Assembly (NCBI GenBank): GCA_024404275.1
Contig: JAKSQG010000007.1
Coordinates: 1-23,650 of the forward strand
Length of the DNA stretch: 23,650 nucleotides
Direction of reading: 5' to 3'
From: Clostridia bacterium
GTDB lineage: Bacteria > Bacillota > Clostridia > Christensenellales > Aristaeellaceae
Under the pieces are notes generated by a model, which was not told where the DNA came from, made no database searches, and saw only the letters and a list, made by a program, of their open reading frames with translations. Below, in pieces: positions 7,816 through 15,513 of the stretch. Position numbers and translations under genes: made by a program. Each line of letters begins with the position of its first letter. The stretch's first letter is position 1.

Positions 7816-8700
7816 TTACACCTTTTCCTGCACGTTCTTGCCCAGCAGACCGGCGGGCTTGAGCAGCAGGATGATGATCAGCACGGCAAACACGAGGGCG
7901 TCAGCCAGCTCGGTGGAAACATAGGAACCGCCGAATACCTCGATCAGGCCCAGCAGCAGACCGCCCAGCATGGCGCCGGGGATGGAACCGATACCGCCGA
8001 ATACAGCCGCGGTAAAGGCCTTGATGCCGGGCATGGAGCCGGTGGTGGGCATCAGCGTGTTATAGCTGGAGCACAGCAGCACGCCTGCAATGGCCGCCAG
8101 GAAGCTGCCGATGGCAAAGGTAAGGGAAATGGTAAAATTGACGTTGATGCCCATCAGCTGCGCGGCGCCCTTATCCTCGGATACAGCGCGCATGGCACGG
8201 CCCATCTTGGTTTTGCCGGTGAACCAGGTCAGCAGCAGCATGACGGCGATACCGGAAATAATGGTGACGATGATCTCATCACTGATGACCAGCTCGCCGC
8301 CAAACAGACGGATACCACCGAAATCCACCACAGAGGTAAACACCTTCGGGTTGGCGCCCCAGATGAGCAGGGCCAGGTTCTGCAGCAGATAGCTGACGCC
8401 AATGGCGGTAATGAGCACTGCCAGCGAGCCGGCCTGACGGAGCGGCTTGTAAGCCAGTCCCTCAATGGTGATGCCAAGCAATGTGCAGACCACCATGGAC
8501 ATGAGAACCGATACAAGGGGAGGTACGCCCCAGTATTGGGTGGCGGTGAAAGAAACATAAGCCGCAACCATGATGACGTCGCCGTGGGCGAAGTTCAGCA
8601 TCTTGGCAACGCCGTACACCATGGAATAGCCGAGGGCAATGATGGCATAAACACTGCCCAGACTGATGCCGTTTACCAGGTTGGTCAGAAATGGGATCAT
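7816..8700 (-). CDS. livH: Branched-chain amino-acid ABC transporter permease LivH
   Basis: LivH-like sequence (LNGISLGSVYAIIALGYSMVYG, NFAHGD, AVSEDKGAAQLMGINV). I chose the ATG at 8700 (AAGGAGG plus 7 nt) over the upstream ATG at 8733. Confidence 0.88.
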   Translation of the reverse strand: MIPFLTNLVNGISLGSVYAIIALGYSMVYGVAKMLNFAHGDVIMVAAYVSFTATQYWGVPPLVSVLMSMVVCTLLGITIEGLAYKPLRQAGSLAVLITAIGVSYLLQNLALLIWGANPKVFTSVVDFGGIRLFGGELVISDEIIVTIISGIAVMLLLTWFTGKTKMGRAMRAVSEDKGAAQLMGINVNFTISLTFAIGSFLAAIAGVLLCSSYNTLMPTTGSMPGIKAFTAAVFGGIGSIPGAMLGGLLLGLIEVFGGSYVSTELADALVFAVLIIILLLKPAGLLGKNVQEKV

Positions 8701-8737
8701 ATCCCGGCCTCCTTTTTGAATTACTAAAGGCAATCAG

Positions 8738-8828
8738 CGCCGTCTGTTTTGCACAGGCGGCCTTGATCGCCTTCGCGGCAGCTGTTCTGCCGAAAGTCCT
8801 CCGCCCGTCCGCGGGGGACGGACGGAGG
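8738..8828 (-). promoter_or_regulatory. Three consecutive intercistronic stem-loops between livJ and livH. They are likely partial terminator or mRNA-stabiliser elements.
   Basis: Minus strand: CCTCCGTCCGTCC/GGACGGGCGGAGG (8828-8798, 13 bp with one G-U, weak U tract). CGGCAG/CTGCCG (8792-8776). GCCGCCTGT/ACAGACGGC (8761-8738, one mismatch). Confidence 0.55.
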
Positions 8829-8842
8829 AAACATGCAATTGA

Positions 8843-9967
8843 TTACTGAGCGGTGACGTAAGCGCCGTTGTTGATCATAACCACGCTGGGCAGCTTGGTG
8901 GCCAGACCATCAGCGGTCCAGGACATGGAACCGGTGATACCATCATAGCTGATGGTGGTCATGGTGGAGATCAGGGTCTCGCAGATGTCGGCATAGTCCA
9001 TATCGGGGGTGATGCCGGCGGTCTCGATGGCCAGCTTCAGGATGTACATGCCGTCATAAGCGTCAGCAGCGAACTGGTTCGGAACGGAACCGAACTGATC
9101 CACATACTTGGTAACGAAGTTGACAGTCATGGGGTTGGAGGAGGTGGCATCGAAGGGGGTCAGCATGTAGACGCCTTCCACCAGAGCGGGATCCAGACCT
9201 TCAACGCCCAGCACGCCGTCCATGCCGTCCACACCGAAGTAGACGGGTTCATAGGAGGCGGCCTTGGCCTGGGTCAGGATGGTGATGGCGGGGGTGTAGT
9301 AGATGGGCAGGAACACGAAGTCAACACCGGCGTTCTTCATGGCCTGGACCTGCACGGAGAAGTTGGCGGCAGAGTCATCGGAGAAGGCGGCCTTGGCCAG
9401 GATCTCCAGACCGATCTCCTTGGCGGTGGTTTCGAAGGAGGCGGTGATGCTCATGGAGTAGTCCTGAGCGTTGTTGTAGATGATACCCACCTTGGCGTCG
9501 GGACGGTTTTCCTTGATCCACTTGGCGCTCAGGGTACCCTGGTTGGAGTCGGTGAAGCACACCTGGAAGATCTGGTCGCCGGAATCGGGAACCAGGTCGT
9601 TGGAGGCAGAGGGGGTCAGCATGAACATGCGGTCTTCCTTGGCAACGTCAGCGACGGCCATGCAGGCGCCGGAGGTAACGGTGCCCAGCAGGATGTCCAT
9701 GTCCTTGTCCATCAGGTCATAGTAAGCATACACGGCCTTTTCGCCGTCGGCTTCGTCGTCTTCACCGATGACGGTGAACTGAATGCCGCCCAGGGCGTTG
9801 ATCTCTTCGGCAGCCAGCTTGGCAGCGTTTTCCACAGCCAGACCGTACTGAGCGTAATCCTTGGTGGTGGGTCCGATGCAGCCGATGATGAAGGCTTCAT
9901 CCGCCAGAGCGGAGGCGAAGCTGCACATCATGACCAGCACAGTCAGACAGGCGAGAAACTTCTTCAT
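8843..9967 (-). CDS. livJ: LIV-type (periplasmic binding protein family I) amino-acid ABC substrate-binding protein, secreted
   Basis: Signal peptide MKKFLACLTVLVMMCSFASALA|DE. The Leu/Ile/Val-binding-protein-like N-terminus is IGCIGPTTKDYAQYGLAVENAAKLAAEEINALGG. It is the first gene of the liv operon. ATG at 9967 with an AGGAGG RBS. Confidence 0.85.
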   Translation of the reverse strand: MKKFLACLTVLVMMCSFASALADEAFIIGCIGPTTKDYAQYGLAVENAAKLAAEEINALGGIQFTVIGEDDEADGEKAVYAYYDLMDKDMDILLGTVTSGACMAVADVAKEDRMFMLTPSASNDLVPDSGDQIFQVCFTDSNQGTLSAKWIKENRPDAKVGIIYNNAQDYSMSITASFETTAKEIGLEILAKAAFSDDSAANFSVQVQAMKNAGVDFVFLPIYYTPAITILTQAKAASYEPVYFGVDGMDGVLGVEGLDPALVEGVYMLTPFDATSSNPMTVNFVTKYVDQFGSVPNQFAADAYDGMYILKLAIETAGITPDMDYADICETLISTMTTISYDGITGSMSWTADGLATKLPSVVMINNGAYVTAQ

Positions 9968-10037
9968 GGTGTTTTTTCCTCCTAAAAGAAAATAAAAAAT
10001 CACACTCCAAAATTCCTTCTTTGGAATGTTACATTGG

Positions 10038-10066
10038 ATTATATCCTTTTTTTATATAACAGTAAA
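10038..10066 (-). promoter_or_regulatory. Candidate sigma-70 promoter of the liv operon
   Basis: Minus strand: TTTACT (10066-10061), a 17-nt spacer, then TATAAT (10043-10038). This predicts a 5' UTR of about 60 nt. Confidence 0.5.
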
Positions 10067-10172
10067 GTGCAAAGGCGACCGATTTTTGTATTTGGATTGT
10101 ATTTCTTTAATTAAATAGGAATGAAAATGAATTTTCTGTGCATAACATTCGTTTCTAAAAGCTTTTTTTCTA

Positions 10173-10201
10173 TTTACATTCCCTGTCACAGAGCGTATAA
10201 T
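10173..10201 (+). promoter_or_regulatory. Sigma-70 promoter of the PII-like/antiporter operon
   Basis: TTTACA (10173-10178), a 17-nt spacer, then TATAAT (10196-10201). AAGGAGG RBS at 10224-10230. Confidence 0.6.
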
Positions 10202-10238
10202 AGCTCCGCCCCAAACGGCAAAAAAGGAGGTTGGCATT

Positions 10239-10586
10239 ATGAAAATGCTGATTTATATCACCAATAACGTCAATCACGTCTATCCGATCCTGTCCTCCAT
10301 GATGGAGCAGCATCTGGGCGGCGCATCTGTGGTGGATTGCGAAGGCATGCTGCGTACGCTGTCGGATGCGTCGAGCGAACCGCCATCCATCTTCGGTTCC
10401 CTGCGTGCGTATCTGAACCCCACCGCCAGCACCGGCAAAATGATCTTTGCCGCCATGAAGGATGAGGATGTACCCAAGGCGGTCAAGATCATCCACAGTG
10501 TCGCCGGCAACCTGAAGGAAGCCAACCACGGCGTGCTGTTCAGCGTACCCATCGATCTGTGCGAGATCACCGAGCCTCGCGAGTAA
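10239..10586 (+). CDS. Small cytoplasmic protein (115 aa) with a predicted beta-alpha-beta-loop-beta-alpha-beta (PII/GlnB-like) pattern. Function unknown.
   Basis: Strong RBS and promoter, with no signal peptide or TM segment. The sequence pattern is KMLIYITN (beta1), VNHVYPILSSMMEQ (alpha1) and GASVVDCEG (beta2). A polar loop of about 28 residues follows. Then come KMIFAAMK (beta3), DEDVPKAVKIIHSVAG (alpha2) and GVLFSVPID (beta4). The fold assignment is inference only. Confidence 0.6.
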   Translation: MKMLIYITNNVNHVYPILSSMMEQHLGGASVVDCEGMLRTLSDASSEPPSIFGSLRAYLNPTASTGKMIFAAMKDEDVPKAVKIIHSVAGNLKEANHGVLFSVPIDLCEITEPRE

Positions 10587-10608
10587 GGGAAACAGAGGCG
10601 AACAGAAT

Positions 10609-11784
10609 ATGACTGTACTTTTCAGTATTGCGGCCGCGATGATCTTCGGCTTGCTTTTGACTCGTGTAGCCAAGCTGGTGCATTTGCCCAATGTGACGGC
10701 TTATCTGGTGGCCGGTCTGATCATCGGACCGTACGGACTCAAGCTGATGCCCACCGAGCTGCTGGGCGGGCTTGAGATCATCAGCACGGTGGCACTGGGC
10801 TTTATTGCCTTCTCCATCGGCGGCGAGTTCAAGCTTTCCAACATCCGCATGATCGGCGGCAAGAGCATCACCATCACCTTCTTCCAGGCGATCATGGCAG
10901 TTGGAATGGTGGATATCGCACTGATCGTGTGCGGGTTTGATCTTTCCACTTCCCTGACGTTGGGTGCCATCGCTGCCGCGACAGCCCCGGCCGCTACTAT
11001 GATGGTGGTGCGTCAGTACAAGGCGAAGGGACCGCTGACCTCCACGCTGCTGCCTGTGGTGGCCATGGACGACGCCATCGGTCTGGTCATCTTTTCCGTT
11101 TCCATCGCCCTTGCCAAGACATTCGCGGGCAGCGGAGCCCTGACCATCAGCAACATGCTGATCGAGCCTTTGCTGGAGATCTTTGAATCTTTGGGTCTGG
11201 GCGCGCTGATCGGTCTGGTGCTGGCCTTCGGCATCCGTCTGTTTCATAACCGTGCCAACCGTCTGTGCGTTACGCTGGCATGCGTGATGCTGGGCATCGC
11301 GCTGGCGGATATGTGGCATCTGTCCAGCCTGCTGCTGTGCATGATGATCGGTGCCATTTACTGCAATCTCGGCATGGATGCTGATACCGTGATGGATCTT
11401 TGTGATCGCTGGACGCCTCCGCTGCTGATGCTGTTCTTCGTCATTTCCGGTGCGGACCTTGATCTGGCAGTCGTGCCCACCGTGGGCATGCTGGGCGTTG
11501 TGTATCTGGCAACGCGCAGCCTTGGCAAATATGTGGGCGCTTATCTGGGTGCGCTGGTCACCAAGGCGGATGAAAATATCCGCAAGTATCTGGGCATCAC
11601 GCTGCTGCCGCAGGCCGGTGTGGCCATCGGTATGGCGCAGCTCGCCATGAGCGCCCTGCCCGAGCAGGGACCGCGCATCCGCGCTGTGGTGCTGTGCGCC
11701 ACGCTCATCTATGAACTGGTTGGCCCCCTGATGACCAAAAAGGCGCTGCAGGCGGCGGGGGAGATCGACCCCAAGAACGCGTAA
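10609..11784 (+). CDS. Cation:proton antiporter, CPA2/Na_H_Exchanger family, membrane domain only (391 aa)
   Basis: The N-terminus LLLTRVAKLVHLPNVTAYLVAGLIIGPYGL is typical of the KefB/KefC/NapA-type TM1-2 region. The protein is hydrophobic throughout and ends about 20 residues after the last TM segment, so it has no KTN/RCK domain. Its start lies 22 nt after the upstream stop. Confidence 0.85.
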   Translation: MTVLFSIAAAMIFGLLLTRVAKLVHLPNVTAYLVAGLIIGPYGLKLMPTELLGGLEIISTVALGFIAFSIGGEFKLSNIRMIGGKSITITFFQAIMAVGMVDIALIVCGFDLSTSLTLGAIAAATAPAATMMVVRQYKAKGPLTSTLLPVVAMDDAIGLVIFSVSIALAKTFAGSGALTISNMLIEPLLEIFESLGLGALIGLVLAFGIRLFHNRANRLCVTLACVMLGIALADMWHLSSLLLCMMIGAIYCNLGMDADTVMDLCDRWTPPLLMLFFVISGADLDLAVVPTVGMLGVVYLATRSLGKYVGAYLGALVTKADENIRKYLGITLLPQAGVAIGMAQLAMSALPEQGPRIRAVVLCATLIYELVGPLMTKKALQAAGEIDPKNA

Positions 11785-11804
11785 TCAATAAAATAAAGCC
11801 ATAC

Positions 11805-11843
11805 AAAAAGAGGTACGCTTCTGAAGGCGTACCTCTTCTTTTT
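11805..11843. terminator. Bidirectional rho-independent terminator between convergent genes
   Basis: AAAAAGAGGTACGC (11805-11818), an 8-nt loop, then GCGTACCTCTT followed by CTTTTTG. An A-run upstream provides a U tract for the minus-strand transcript. Confidence 0.85.
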
Positions 11844-11855
11844 GCTCATACCAAC

Positions 11856-12554
11856 TTATTCGATCTCAAACTCAGCGGAGACGGTAGCGGATACGGATAA
11901 CGTGCCGCCGGAGAAGGCGGTAGAGCCGTTCTTCGCCATGCTGAATGCTGCTTCTTCGGCATCGGGTACTTCACGGTAGTTGACACCGGCATAGGAGCCG
12001 CTGTTTTCGTGGACGGAGACCACACCGGTTACCTGCTTGCCCATTGCCTGCGCCATGACAGCGGCTTTGCGGGCAGCTTCCTGCACGGCGGCGGTCATGG
12101 CCTGATCGTAGGCTTTTGCCGTATCGGTGCAGACATAGCTGACAGAATAGACGGCATTGGCACCGGCAAGGGCGGCGTGATCGATGATCTTGCCTGCCAG
12201 CGCAATATCGTGTACCGTAATGTGCAGCATGTGGGTCACACGGTAGCCAATCAGGCGTTCTGTGTTTTCTGACCAGTCATAGACGGTAGAGATATCATAG
12301 TTCGCGGTCACGCGGTCGGCTTCTTCCACGCCATCGGCGGCCAACGCTTCATGGATGCGCAGCATGCCGGCGGCGTTTTCGGCAGTCGCCTCTGCGACAG
12401 TGGGTGCCTGTGTGGTCAGCCCCAGGGTCAGCATGATGGCATCAGCTTCCACCTGTACGGAAGCGGTGCCTGTAACGGTAACGGTAACGGTGCTTGCAGC
12501 CAGGACACTACAGGGCAGCAGCAGGATCAGCAGCAGACAAAGAAAGCGTTTCAT
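11856..12554 (-). CDS. SIMPL-domain (DUF541/BP26-like) secreted protein
   Basis: Signal peptide MKRFLCLLLILLLPCSVLA. The layout is SIMPL-like (VTGTASVQVEADAIMLTLGL..., GYRVTHMLHITV, ...LSVSATVSAEFEI). I chose the ATG at 12554 (AAGGAG plus 8 nt) over the track's TTG at 12572. Confidence 0.7.
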   Translation of the reverse strand: MKRFLCLLLILLLPCSVLAASTVTVTVTGTASVQVEADAIMLTLGLTTQAPTVAEATAENAAGMLRIHEALAADGVEEADRVTANYDISTVYDWSENTERLIGYRVTHMLHITVHDIALAGKIIDHAALAGANAVYSVSYVCTDTAKAYDQAMTAAVQEAARKAAVMAQAMGKQVTGVVSVHENSGSYAGVNYREVPDAEEAAFSMAKNGSTAFSGGTLSVSATVSAEFEIE

Positions 12555-12594
12555 TCGTTTACTCTCCTTCAAAAAAACGGTTTGCTTCTTTATA

Positions 12595-13716
12595 TTATTT
12601 CAAAAACCAGCTCATCATGTAGCCCGTGGTGCCGTTAAAACTGACACGCGACCAGTCGGTACCCCAGCTCAGCACGTTGACAATGGCACCATTGGGTACC
12701 CGGATGCTGACATTACCATCGACCTGCTGCGGTGTGGTGCGAAGGTTGACATACGTGCCGCCGTTGGTGTTGAACACCGTTTTTGTGGTGCCGTAGGAGG
12801 GGGAAGAACCAAAATGTAGATATTTGGTCATCACGTAGCCCTTTACGCCGTTGACGTTGATAAACGACCAGTCTCTGCCCTTTTGCAGCACGCTGACCAC
12901 GGTGCCGTTGCTGTAGCGACCGATGACTGCACCCTGCGTGGAGGCCTGATCGCGCATGTTCAGCTTGCCGCTGTTGCCCGTTTGGACGGTGGCCGTGAGA
13001 ATCCCCGAGCCACCGCCGCCGCCGTAATTAAGATAGGAAGAGCCGACAAAGCCGCTTTGACCGTTATAGGTGATGAAGCAGAATTCGGTTCCCTTGAGCA
13101 GCACGGAGACCGTTGCGCCATTGGGGATGGTGCCGGGGACAGCGGCATACATCGAAGGGGCGGAACGGATGTTGAGCCAGCCGCCATTGGGTGTTTTGAC
13201 CACGGCGGTGGTAGGAGCGGAGGAGGAAGAACCGGAAACAGGAGTCAGGAATTCACTGCGGAAATAACCGAACCGGCTGGAACCGTTGAGCGACAGCGTG
13301 ACATAGTACCAGCCGTCGCTGCGTTTTTCCAGTACATTGCAGAGCTGACCATTGTAGAAGATGTCCAGCACGGCAGAAGTGTAGGAGGGCTGTGCCCGCA
13401 GATTGAGATAGCCGCTGCTGCCGGGGTTGTTGACCACATAGGTATTTCCGCCGGCGATGGCGGTTTCCAGATAGTTTTTACTCATGAAGCCGCTGATGGC
13501 GCCGTCCATGGTGCAAATCTGATACCAGTTGCCGCTTTCACCCACCACTTCGACCCAGCCGCCGGGCTTGACGGAGCCCAGCCAGCTGTAACTGGCGGAA
13601 GGGCCGCTGCGGATATTGAGGCTGGAGGTGCCGATGACCACGGCGTATTCTTCGCCCAGTGCGCTGACCGTCAGCAAAAGAAGGGAAAGTAGAACCAGGC
13701 ACAGCAGTTTTTTCAT
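12595..13716 (-). CDS. Secreted protein made of five tandem bacterial SH3 (SH3b/SH3_3) repeats, with no catalytic domain
   Basis: A signal peptide MKKLLCLVLLSLLLLTVSALG is followed by five units of about 60-70 aa. Each has the pattern LN(I/L/M)R..PS....(V/L)G....G..V.V(L)....(D)W..(I/V)..NG..G(F/Y)(V/M)...YL. Confidence 0.8.
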   Translation of the reverse strand: MKKLLCLVLLSLLLLTVSALGEEYAVVIGTSSLNIRSGPSASYSWLGSVKPGGWVEVVGESGNWYQICTMDGAISGFMSKNYLETAIAGGNTYVVNNPGSSGYLNLRAQPSYTSAVLDIFYNGQLCNVLEKRSDGWYYVTLSLNGSSRFGYFRSEFLTPVSGSSSSAPTTAVVKTPNGGWLNIRSAPSMYAAVPGTIPNGATVSVLLKGTEFCFITYNGQSGFVGSSYLNYGGGGGSGILTATVQTGNSGKLNMRDQASTQGAVIGRYSNGTVVSVLQKGRDWSFINVNGVKGYVMTKYLHFGSSPSYGTTKTVFNTNGGTYVNLRTTPQQVDGNVSIRVPNGAIVNVLSWGTDWSRVSFNGTTGYMMSWFLK

Positions 13717-13794
13717 GGTCGTCCTCCTGATAAAGAAGCTTTTCTGACTATATAACGACGCAGAGAGCCGGTTTCTTTCAGCCGGCGATGATTT

Positions 13795-14160
13795 TTATGC
13801 TTCAGGGGCTTTGTAGCCGGGTTTGCTGCTCAGACCCAGCTGACGGTTGAAGTTTTCCTTGTTCTTTTCCATGTAAATGTCGTACATCTCCTGCGGGTCC
13901 ATACCGGCACGCAGGCACATGCTGACGAAAAAGTGAAGGATATCCACCAGCTCCTCCTTGACCGCATGGTCATCGACGGGCTTGGGATTTTTCCACCATT
14001 TGAAATTGACTTCGTTGAGCAATTCGGCCATTTCGGAAAGCATGGCCAGCGTTTGCTTCTGAATCCATTCAGTATCGCTGATGCCCTCCAGATGGCGGCG
14101 GGCGATGATATCATCATTCAGCGCTTTTTGCATACGAAAGATTTCGTCCAGTCTGTCCAT
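13795..14160 (-). CDS. Dimeric (all-alpha, dUTPase_2/MazG-like) dUTP diphosphatase family protein
   Basis: Family-typical motifs are present: LDEIFRMQKALNDDI, LAMLSEMAELLNEVNFKWWKNPKP and EELVDILHFFVSM. The ATG at 14160 is preceded by GAGGTG, which overlaps the upstream TGA stop. Confidence 0.65.
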   Translation of the reverse strand: MDRLDEIFRMQKALNDDIIARRHLEGISDTEWIQKQTLAMLSEMAELLNEVNFKWWKNPKPVDDHAVKEELVDILHFFVSMCLRAGMDPQEMYDIYMEKNKENFNRQLGLSSKPGYKAPEA

Positions 14161-14165
14161 TGAAA

Positions 14166-15404
14166 TCACCTCAACAGCTTATCGATCTTTTTGCCGACAA
14201 AGGCGCGGGAGCAGGGACTGCTCAATACCTCGCGGGCGATTCGGTTGGCGTCCTCCCGAGTCACGGCTTCGATACGATGAATGATCTCATCGGTATCATG
14301 TACTTTGTTCATCAGCGCCAGATTACCGCCCGCGGAATTCATGCGGTTGTAAGCACTCTCCTGCGAGAGGATAAAACCGCCCTTGAGCTGCGCTTTGGCC
14401 ATGCGGAATTCTTCTTCGGTCATGCCGTTTTCACAAAACTGATTCAGCTCATTTTCCAATAGTGTCAGTACCGGTTTGACGTTCTTGGGGCTGACTGCCG
14501 CGTAGACGGTGAAGGAACCGCAGGAGGGAAAGGCGGAAGGCACGCTGTACACGCTGTAAGCCATGGCAGATTCTTCACGGATCTTCTGGAAGAGGCGGGA
14601 GCTCATGCCGCCGCCCAGCACGCTGTTGAAAACAGCCATGGCAAAATTATCCCGGCTGCCGATGGGCAGACCGCGGTAACCCAAAGAGATATGCACCTGT
14701 TCGGTATCCTTATCGGCATTCAGGGTGCAGGGCGACGCGTTGGTAACAGAAACAGGATACTCACCGCTGCCTTCACCTTCCCAGGTGCCGAAATACTTTT
14801 CCATCAGTTCGCGAACCTGCACGGTATCGAAGTTGCCGGCAAGCGCCACCACCGTGTTGCCGGGGGTGTAGTGCTTCTGACGGAAAGCCAGCATATCCTC
14901 ACGGGTAAAGGCTTCGATCTTTTCACGCGGACCGAGAATGGTCTGCCCGAGGGTCTGATTGCCGAACATGGCTTTGTCCAGCAGGTCATACACTACATCC
15001 TCGGGCGAGTCATCGGTCATGGCAATCTCTTCCAGTACGACATTGCGTTCCTTGTCCAGCTCTTTGGGGTCCAACACAGGAAAACGCACGATATCGGACA
15101 GAAGGTCGGCTGCCAGCTCGATATCCTCATCGATGACCTTGGCGTAGTAGCAGGTGTTGAGCTTGCCGGTCGCCGCGTTAAGATATCCGCCCACGGCGTC
15201 CATCTCCCGGGAGATGTCCAGCGCGCTGCGGCGGGCAGTGCCCTTGAAGGCCATGTGCTCCATAAAGTGGGAAAGACCGTTTTCCGCGGCACTTTCCAAA
15301 ATGGAGCCGGCGCGTACCCATACGCCCATGGAAACAGAACGCAGGTGGGGCAGACGTTCCAGCGCGACGCGTACGCCGTTGGAAAGGGTAAAGAGTTCGA
15401 TCAT
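14166..15404 (-). CDS. M16-family (pitrilysin/insulinase-like) zinc peptidase
   Basis: The inverted zinc motif HxxEH sits in GLSHFMEHMAFKGT, with a downstream E in the LEEIAMTDDSPED region. Its position downstream of pnp is conserved in Firmicutes (mlpA/ymxG-like). I chose the ATG at 15404 with a GAGG RBS; the track's upstream extension crosses the pnp terminator. Confidence 0.85.
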   Translation of the reverse strand: MIELFTLSNGVRVALERLPHLRSVSMGVWVRAGSILESAAENGLSHFMEHMAFKGTARRSALDISREMDAVGGYLNAATGKLNTCYYAKVIDEDIELAADLLSDIVRFPVLDPKELDKERNVVLEEIAMTDDSPEDVVYDLLDKAMFGNQTLGQTILGPREKIEAFTREDMLAFRQKHYTPGNTVVALAGNFDTVQVRELMEKYFGTWEGEGSGEYPVSVTNASPCTLNADKDTEQVHISLGYRGLPIGSRDNFAMAVFNSVLGGGMSSRLFQKIREESAMAYSVYSVPSAFPSCGSFTVYAAVSPKNVKPVLTLLENELNQFCENGMTEEEFRMAKAQLKGGFILSQESAYNRMNSAGGNLALMNKVHDTDEIIHRIEAVTREDANRIAREVLSSPCSRAFVGKKIDKLLR

Positions 15405-15430
15405 ATCAACCTCATCGCACCCGACCGCCG

Positions 15431-15467
15431 ATAAAAAACAAGGGAGGGGCCATGCGGCCCCTCCCTG
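15431..15467 (-). terminator. Strong rho-independent terminator after pnp
   Basis: Minus strand: AGGGAGGGGCC, loop GCAT, GGCCCCTCCCT (11-bp GC-rich stem), followed by TGTTTTTTAT. Confidence 0.85.
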
Positions 15468-15513
15468 CATATCGCCGATTGCAAACAGCGGCTTTGGGTG
15501 CTTATGTTTTCAA

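Noticed and set aside
12472-12492. A tandem hexanucleotide repeat (GTAACG)x3.5 in the SIMPL gene, as a possible phase-variation tract.
   Set aside because: It encodes TVTVTVT just after the signal peptide. The unit length is a multiple of three, so slippage would stay in frame. The copy number is too low to argue for contingency-locus behaviour. The same reasoning applies to the (GGT)n tract at about 20033-20046, which encodes TTTTT in the amidase.
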